Source: Endomicrobiia bacterium (GTDB lineage Bacteria; Elusimicrobiota; Endomicrobiia; DTEH01). Taken from it: a stretch of DNA of 64,000 nt. Below the pieces are notes generated by a model that was given only the letters and a program-made list of their open reading frames with translations, did not search any database and was not told the DNA's origin. This document shows, in pieces, positions 58,007 to 64,000 of this stretch. A program made the position numbers and the translations under genes. Within the stretch, counting starts at the first letter, position 1; every line of letters starts with the position of its first letter. The stretch spans positions 31,984-95,983 of the forward strand of contig JBCNUU010000002.1 of assembly GCA_039630545.1 (NCBI GenBank). Direction: 5' to 3'.

Positions 58007-58945
58007 ATGAAAAATTTCCATATTCAATGGCACATTACAGAAATATGTAATTTGAATTGTCTACATTGCTATAAAGAACCTTACAGAAAAGAATTATCCT
58101 TATTACAATTAAAAACAGTGCTTAACAATCTCGTAGATTTTTTAAAAGAAAGAAACTTAACACTTAATCTTACAATTACAGGTGGCGAACCGTTTTTAAA
58201 ACCGCAATTATATGAACTTTTATCTTATATAGATGGAATCCCTCTAATAAAAAAAATAAATTTTATCACAAATGGTACTGTAATTCCTGAAAAAAAACTT
58301 CAGAATCTTTCTAAACTTGGAATGCTTTACTTATCAATAGAAAGTTTAAATTCATCAGTAAATGACAAAATAAGAGGAAAGGGAATTTTATCTAAAGTTC
58401 TCCATAATCTAGAATATTTTGTTAAAAATTACAGAGTGGGTATCATGACTACTTTAATGAGAAGTAACTTTTCAGATTTGAAAAAAAACCTTTCTTTTTT
58501 TGTTGAAAATCTATTCAAAATGGGAATAAGAGAAATCATATTTGAAAGGTTTATACCAGCAGGTAAATCCAAAAATTTAAAAACAGAAATGTTGAGTCAG
58601 CAAGAAGTGTTTGATTTTTATGCTGAAATATCAAAGTATCTAAAGGTAAGTATTGAAGAACTTAAAAAATATCCTGCAATAAAACTTGTAAATAACTTTT
58701 TAAATCATTATGATATCACAAAAATTTCAATTTACGGTGCTTATTGTATTTTTGCTAAAAATGGATTTGCTATTTTATGCGATGGAACAGTATATCCCTG
58801 CAGAAGGTATACAGTTGAGGCTGGTAATTTTTTAACACATAAAAATATTATTTCGTTTAAGAATTTAATTAAATCATCTAAAAAATCCTTATCTACTGTC
58901 AGCGACTCTATATATTTTAACTGTTATGCTGCAAATTTAATTTAA
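58007..58945 (+). CDS. Radical SAM protein with truncated SPASM/twitch-like C-terminus
   Basis: CNLNCLHC, TGGEP, TNGT, C...GFAILCDGTVYPC. Confidence 0.85.
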   Translation: MKNFHIQWHITEICNLNCLHCYKEPYRKELSLLQLKTVLNNLVDFLKERNLTLNLTITGGEPFLKPQLYELLSYIDGIPLIKKINFITNGTVIPEKKLQNLSKLGMLYLSIESLNSSVNDKIRGKGILSKVLHNLEYFVKNYRVGIMTTLMRSNFSDLKKNLSFFVENLFKMGIREIIFERFIPAGKSKNLKTEMLSQQEVFDFYAEISKYLKVSIEELKKYPAIKLVNNFLNHYDITKISIYGAYCIFAKNGFAILCDGTVYPCRRYTVEAGNFLTHKNIISFKNLIKSSKKSLSTVSDSIYFNCYAANLI

Positions 58946-58997
58946 CTTTTTGTAATTACAAATAAAATATAAAACTATAGAAAGGAGAGTGTGTAAT

Positions 58998-60224
58998 ATG
59001 ACAATAGAACTGATAAAAACTTTATCAATAAAAAACGAAAATAAAATCATATTTTTAGTAATAGACGGTTTAGGTGGTGCTCCTCATCCGCATAACAATT
59101 TTTTAACTGAGTTAGAAGTTGCAAATCATCCAAATTTAGATGAGGTAGCTAAGGAGTCACTTTGTGGATTAGCTATTCCTGTAGAATATGGGATCACACC
59201 AGGTAGCGGTCCTGGACATCTTGCCTTATTTGGGTATGATCCTGTAAAATATCTGATTGGACGAGGAATCCTTGAAGTGTTAGGTTTAGGAATGAAAATT
59301 ACTCCGCAAGATTTAGCTTTTAGAGGAAACTTTGCAACTATAGACCAAAATGGAGTGGTTGTTGATAGACGAGCCGGAAGAATCTCAACAGAAGAAACCC
59401 AAAGGCTAATTGAAAAAATACAAAAAAATATCACAAAAATAGAAGATGTTGAAGTTATTCTTAAAGCTGGTAAAGAGCACAGATTTGCTGGGATCCTAAG
59501 ACATTCTAACTTATCAGAAGATGTTACAGAAAATGATCCTCATAAAGAAGGAAACAAACCTCACAAAATTCAACCTTTGAATTCTTCTGAATACTCAAAA
59601 TTCACAGCAGAAATTATAGAAAAGTTGATCTCAAAAATTACTGAAATTTTAAAAGACGAACCAAAAGCTAACTATGTACTTTTGCGAGGTTTTTCTAAAT
59701 ATCCCTCTATACCGACTATGCAAGAAATTTACAAACTTACTCCTGTGGCAGTGGCTGTTTATCCTATGTATAAAGGATTAGCACAGATAGTTGGTATGGA
59801 AATAATAGATGGTTGTCAAACGATTGAAGATGAAATAAGAAAACTAAAAGAATTATATAATAAACCATATGACTTTTATTATATTCACATAAAAGATACA
59901 GACAAACTTGGAGAAGATGGCAACTTTGAAGGTAAAGTTAAAAAAATAGAAGAAATAGATAAACTAATACCAGAAATTTTATCACTTAATCCTGACCTTT
60001 TAGTAATTACTGCTGACCATTCTACTCCAGCAATAGCTAAAGGCCATTCCTGGCATCCTGTACCTGTGGCTATATGGTCAAAAAAGATTCCAACTCCTAA
60101 AAATAATGTGAAGAAATTTACAGAACAAGAATTTAGCAGAGGGATGCTGGGAACTATTTATATGAATAAAATTTTACTTTTGGCTCTGGCATATACAGGC
60201 AAACTTGATAAATACGGAGCTTAA
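58998..60224 (+). CDS. apgM: 2,3-bisphosphoglycerate-independent phosphoglycerate mutase (ApgM type)
   Basis: IDGLGG, TPGSGPGHLALFGYDP, DRRAGRI, HIKDTD..GEDG, TADHSTP, HSWHPVP; SD AAGGAG favours ATG 58998. Confidence 0.93.
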   Translation: MTIELIKTLSIKNENKIIFLVIDGLGGAPHPHNNFLTELEVANHPNLDEVAKESLCGLAIPVEYGITPGSGPGHLALFGYDPVKYLIGRGILEVLGLGMKITPQDLAFRGNFATIDQNGVVVDRRAGRISTEETQRLIEKIQKNITKIEDVEVILKAGKEHRFAGILRHSNLSEDVTENDPHKEGNKPHKIQPLNSSEYSKFTAEIIEKLISKITEILKDEPKANYVLLRGFSKYPSIPTMQEIYKLTPVAVAVYPMYKGLAQIVGMEIIDGCQTIEDEIRKLKELYNKPYDFYYIHIKDTDKLGEDGNFEGKVKKIEEIDKLIPEILSLNPDLLVITADHSTPAIAKGHSWHPVPVAIWSKKIPTPKNNVKKFTEQEFSRGMLGTIYMNKILLLALAYTGKLDKYGA

Positions 60225-60240
60225 AAATCATACAAGACAA

Positions 60241-60846
60241 ATGAGAGGGACAATCTTAAACTTCAGCCCTCACAAAAAAGGCAGTAGTGATTTTATTTCT
60301 ACTTATTTATTTGAAAATTTCAAAAAGTATATTGAGATAGAAAAAATAAATATTAATGAGTTTAAAATAACCCCATGTGGTAACTGTGTAGATTATTGTT
60401 TTAAACATGGAAAATGCAAAATCAAAGATGATATGCCATACATCTGTTCGCATTTTGAAAAAGATGATTTTTTAATAATAGTCACACCTGTGTATTTCTA
60501 CCATATCCCCGGATATGCTAAGATAATGATTGACAGAACTCAACCTTATTGGGTTAAAAAATATGTTTTAAAAGAAACTTTTTTCAAAGAAAGACCTGGA
60601 TTTCTTATATGTATTGGCGCTACAAAAGGAGAAAAATTATTTTGCGGTATAAACTTGACAATCAAATATTTTTTTGATATTTTTAATTTTAAATTTAATA
60701 AAAATTTAAATTTTTATCTCAAAAAAATTGAAAAAAAAGAAGAAATAATTAAAGAAAACTTAGAAAATTATTTTTCTAAATTAGCAGATGAGCTAAATGT
60801 GGTATATGAAAGCAAGAGAAAAAGTTATAAAAAAAAGAAGTCCTAG
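60241..60846 (+). CDS. Flavodoxin-like / iron-sulfur flavoprotein family
   Basis: SPHKKGSS, PCGNCVDYCFKHGKCKIKDDM, TPVYF, KIMIDR; ATG 60241 avoids overlap with apgM. Confidence 0.82.
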   Translation: MRGTILNFSPHKKGSSDFISTYLFENFKKYIEIEKININEFKITPCGNCVDYCFKHGKCKIKDDMPYICSHFEKDDFLIIVTPVYFYHIPGYAKIMIDRTQPYWVKKYVLKETFFKERPGFLICIGATKGEKLFCGINLTIKYFFDIFNFKFNKNLNFYLKKIEKKEEIIKENLENYFSKLADELNVVYESKRKSYKKKKS

Positions 60847-61117
60847 ATATGAAATTACAATAGACTACCCCAAAAACAACGAAGTAATTACCTACAAAAA
60901 CCATTATGCCATTAGAATATGTACTCCTAATGAAGGAATGGTAGAAATTTCAATAGATGGTTCTGAATACCAAAAATGTCGTTACAGTGTAGGGTATTGG
61001 TGGTATGATTGGAATAACATTCCGGAAGGTACACACACTTTAGAGGCTAGGTTAATAAATGTTAAAAACAATAGAGTTCTAAAAAAATCCCAAAAAGTAA
61101 AATGTGTAGTCAAATAA
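60806..61117 (+). CDS. Hypothetical small Ig-like beta-sandwich protein
   Basis: ITIDYPKNNE, VEISIDG, WWYDW..IPEGTHTLEAR resembles bacterial Ig-like folds; start 60797 or 60806. Confidence 0.6.
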   Translation: MKAREKVIKKRSPRYEITIDYPKNNEVITYKNHYAIRICTPNEGMVEISIDGSEYQKCRYSVGYWWYDWNNIPEGTHTLEARLINVKNNRVLKKSQKVKCVVK

Positions 61118-61155
61118 TCATTAACAAATAATTATGTGGAAAGGAGATCCAAAAT

Positions 61156-63225
61156 ATGATAGAAGTAGTTAAAAATTTATCAGGTGTAATAATCTCTATA
61201 GTCTCGGGAGTAATAGGTCTTCTTTTCGTATGGTATTTAGCCATAAAAGTATTAAAAGCAGATCCAGGTAACGAACAAATGCAAACCATTTCTAACCTTG
61301 TAAGAAAAGGAGCAGTTGCTTTTCTTACAAGAGAGTATAAAACTATATTTTATTTTTTATTTATATTGTTCTTTATAATATTTTTTGGAATCGCTAAAAA
61401 AACAGCTTTTGCTTTTTTAGCTGGTGCAATATGTTCAATGCTAGCTGGAGTGATTGGGATGAACATATCCACACTCTCCTCTTCAAGGACAGCAAAAAAA
61501 TGTGAAATATCTTTTAATGAGGCTTTAGGGATTGCTTTTCCAGGAGGTGCTGTTATGGGACTTTCTGTAGTGAGCTTGGGGCTTTTAGGTTTGGGTCTAG
61601 TTTATCTTATATTCATAATATACTTACTAAAAACAGGAACTTCATTAGAGGCGGCTTTATATGAAGCAACTTCTATGATTGTGGGATTTTCTATGGGTGC
61701 AAGTTCTATTGCACTTTTTGCAAGAGTAGGAGGTGGAATTTATACAAAAGCAGCAGATGTAGGTGCGGATTTAGTTGGAAAAGTAGAAAAAGGAATACCA
61801 GAGGATGATCCCAGAAATCCTGCTGTCATTGCAGATAATGTTGGAGATATGGTGGGAGACTGTGCAGGTATGGGTGCAGATCTATATGAGTCTTATATAG
61901 GAGCTATAGTATCTGGATTAGTAATTTCTGTATTTAACTTAAACAATATTAACTCCGCGATGTTGTGCTTGTTTTTAGCAGTTTTGGGAATATTTTCATC
62001 AATAATAGGTGTATTTTTTGTAAGAACCAAAACCGAAGAAGATCCACAGAAAGTTTTAAATAAAGGATTAATTGCAGCAGTTATTATTTTTGTAATTTCT
62101 TCATTTTTACTTATTGTAGCATGGTATAAAGATATAAATGCTTTCTGGAGTGTTTTAAGTGGACTTATAGCTGGAATGGTTGTTGGATTTGTAGCACAAT
62201 ATTACACTTCAAGCAAAGTGGTAGTTTCTTTAGCACAACAAGCAAAGACAGGGCCAGCAACAGTAATAATAGAGGGGACTGCAGTTGGAATGATTTCAAC
62301 TGTAGTTCCTCTGGTTGTAATAGCAATAGCAACTATTATTTCATATAAATTACAAGGAGTTTTTGGAATTGCATTGGCTGCTATAGGAATGCTTGCTTTA
62401 ACAGGAACAACCGTAGCGATAGACGCTTACGGACCTATAGCAGATAACGCTGCAGGTATAGCTGAAATGGCACATATGGGAGAAGAAGTAAGAAGACGAG
62501 CAGAAAGACTTGATGCTGTAGGAAATACCACTGCTGCTGTTGGTAAAGGTTTTGCTATAGGTTCAGCAGCTTTAACAGCGCTAGCTTTGTTTTCAGCATA
62601 TGCTGAAACAGTAGGTTTAGGAAATTCTGGATTAAATATACTTGATGCTAAAGTTATAGCAGGAATGTTTGTAGGTTGTATAATGCCTTTCTTTTTAATT
62701 TCTAAAACTCTTCAAGCTGTAGGACGTGCTGCATATTCTATAGTAGAAGAAGTAAGAAGACAATTTAAAGAAATCCCTGGACTTTTAGAAGGCAAGGCTT
62801 TACCTGACTCCGCCAAATGTGTAGATATCACAACACAAGCAGCACTTAAAAAAATGATACTTCCTGGAATTTCATCTGTGATAATTCCTGCCTTGGTGGG
62901 AATAATCTTGGGCAAAGAAGCATTAGGAGGTTTTTTAGCTGGTTCTCTTGTAACAGGAGTTCCTTTAGCAATATATCTAGCAAATTCCGGTGGTGCATGG
63001 GACAATGCAAAAAAATATATAGAAGAAGGACATCTTGGTGGAAAAGGTTCGGAATCTCACAAGGCATCGGTTGTAGGGGATACGGTTGGAGATCCTTTTA
63101 AGGATACTTCAGGACCTTCTCTAAATATACTTTTAAAGCTTATGTCGGTAGTAGCTTTAGTTTTTGGGGCTTTATTCATAAGAATAAATGAATATCTAAC
63201 AGCTTTAATTCCTTTTTTAAAATAA
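61156..63225 (+). CDS. hppA: Membrane-integral pyrophosphatase, K+-dependent, probably Na+-translocating
   Basis: GGGIYTKAADVGADLVGKVE, EDDPRNP, GNTTAA (Ala = K+-dependent), GADLYESY, GDTVGDPFKDTSGP. Confidence 0.95.
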   Translation: MIEVVKNLSGVIISIVSGVIGLLFVWYLAIKVLKADPGNEQMQTISNLVRKGAVAFLTREYKTIFYFLFILFFIIFFGIAKKTAFAFLAGAICSMLAGVIGMNISTLSSSRTAKKCEISFNEALGIAFPGGAVMGLSVVSLGLLGLGLVYLIFIIYLLKTGTSLEAALYEATSMIVGFSMGASSIALFARVGGGIYTKAADVGADLVGKVEKGIPEDDPRNPAVIADNVGDMVGDCAGMGADLYESYIGAIVSGLVISVFNLNNINSAMLCLFLAVLGIFSSIIGVFFVRTKTEEDPQKVLNKGLIAAVIIFVISSFLLIVAWYKDINAFWSVLSGLIAGMVVGFVAQYYTSSKVVVSLAQQAKTGPATVIIEGTAVGMISTVVPLVVIAIATIISYKLQGVFGIALAAIGMLALTGTTVAIDAYGPIADNAAGIAEMAHMGEEVRRRAERLDAVGNTTAAVGKGFAIGSAALTALALFSAYAETVGLGNSGLNILDAKVIAGMFVGCIMPFFLISKTLQAVGRAAYSIVEEVRRQFKEIPGLLEGKALPDSAKCVDITTQAALKKMILPGISSVIIPALVGIILGKEALGGFLAGSLVTGVPLAIYLANSGGAWDNAKKYIEEGHLGGKGSESHKASVVGDTVGDPFKDTSGPSLNILLKLMSVVALVFGALFIRINEYLTALIPFLK

Positions 63226-63231
63226 GTTGAG

Positions 63232-63675
63232 ATGAAACTTTTAGAATGTAAATTAAGTTTTATTGATGGAGCAACAAAAAGTTGTGGTTCTTTAGAAAAT
63301 ATATTAGATGTTATATTCAGAGAAAAGAAAAAAAATCACATTCCAGCATTTTTAGAAATTTCTGGAGTAGATGAGACAGGAAGTGTATATAAAACTAGGC
63401 TAAATTTTGTAGAATTTGCTTCACAAAGAAATGTATTTGATACAAAACTGCTTTCAAAATATACTCAACAAAAATTACTAGGTGAAATTTTAGTTGAAGA
63501 AAAAATAATTACTAAAGAACAACTTCAAGAAGTAATAGAGATACAAAGTAAATACAAAGAGAAACTTGGAGAAATACTTATAAAATTCGGCTACTGTAAA
63601 CCAGAAGAAATTTTATATGCATTAGCAAAACAACTTGGCATAAACTTAAAAAAAGAAGATATAAAAATCAAATAA
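63232..63675 (+). CDS. Small protein with C-terminal MshEN-like domain
   Basis: Tandem [24 protein letters not shown] and [24 protein letters not shown]. Confidence 0.75.
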   Translation: MKLLECKLSFIDGATKSCGSLENILDVIFREKKKNHIPAFLEISGVDETGSVYKTRLNFVEFASQRNVFDTKLLSKYTQQKLLGEILVEEKIITKEQLQEVIEIQSKYKEKLGEILIKFGYCKPEEILYALAKQLGINLKKEDIKIK

Positions 63676-63688
63676 AAGGAGGTTAAAC

Positions 63689-64000
63689 ATGAGCAAACCA
63701 AAATTTGAGAGGACGAAGCCTCATGTGAATGTAGGTACTATAGGTCACATAGATCATGGTAAGACTATGTTGACATCAGCTATTACGCATGTATTAGCGA
63801 AGGCAGGTAAAAGCAAGGCTATGGATTATGCGGAGATAGCGAAGGGTGGTGTTGTTAGGGACAAAGAGAAGATAGTTACGGTTTCTATTGCGCATGTGGA
63901 GTATGAGACGGAAAACAGGCACTATGCGCACATAGATTGTCCTGGTCATGCTGATTATATAAAGAACATGATAACAGGAGCTGCTCAGATGGATGGAGCT
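63689..64000 (+). CDS. tuf: Elongation factor Tu (5' part; truncated by the window end)
   Basis: Not in the ORF track. [35 protein letters not shown]...[36 protein letters not shown]. Confidence 0.97.
   Translation, partial: MSKPKFERTKPHVNVGTIGHIDHGKTMLTSAITHVLAKAGKSKAMDYAEIAKGGVVRDKEKIVTVSIAHVEYETENRHYAHIDCPGHADYIKNMITGAAQMDGA

Noticed and set aside
58007..58945. Radical SAM as a RiPP maturase
   Set aside because: No plausible precursor peptide, RRE/PqqD domain or transporter adjacent; SPASM cysteines incomplete.
58949..58962. 14-bp perfect palindrome TTTGTAATTACAAA upstream of apgM
   Set aside because: Single, almost all A/T, not noticed elsewhere; plausible by chance at this composition.
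703..63067. About 25 short minus-strand ORFs in the track (e.g. 24450-24971, 44983-45456, 43061-43399)
   Set aside because: All lie antisense within well-supported plus-strand genes and show no recognisable motifs; shadow ORFs.
1..64000. CRISPR arrays, IS elements, prophage, rRNA, riboswitches
   Set aside because: Intergenic gaps are all short (about 200 bp or less), with no spaced direct repeats, transposase/integrase motifs or structured leaders recognised.

Overview
Very AT-rich, densely packed chromosomal window from a diderm bacterium (lptF/lptG, several outer-membrane barrels). Almost all genes are on the + strand. Gene content and AGGAGG-type RBSs suggest a non-Bacteroidota lineage such as Elusimicrobiota; this is inference only. 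I saw no mobile element, CRISPR array or rRNA. Housekeeping genes: smpB, pyrE, tRNA nucleotidyltransferase, transaldolase family, tRNA-Ser(UGA), hisS, EndoQ family, apgM, hppA, 5' part of tuf. Four envelope-related blocks stand out. (1) A DUF58/BatA/DUF4159/vWA/DUF4175 cluster with no adjacent MoxR, interrupted by three tandem TMEM260-like (DUF2723) GT-C glycosyltransferase-TPR paralogs. (2) A promoter-delimited five-gene operon (22313-33586): T9SS-CTD-like protein, PorV-like barrel-TPR fusion, an apparent natural FliF(ring motif)-TM-FliG(M/C)-TPR fusion with no flagellar genes nearby, a 1603-aa coiled coil with an indel-free 61-residue periodicity, and an 810-aa coiled coil. (3) A T9SS-like set: SprA-like translocon, two CTD-cargo/PorV-like gene pairs, M6 protease. 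(4) A TPR/barrel/ExbB-like trio with no adjacent ExbD. Block 2 is the best candidate for an undescribed trans-envelope machine. All family calls come from motif recognition by eye; no database searches were run.
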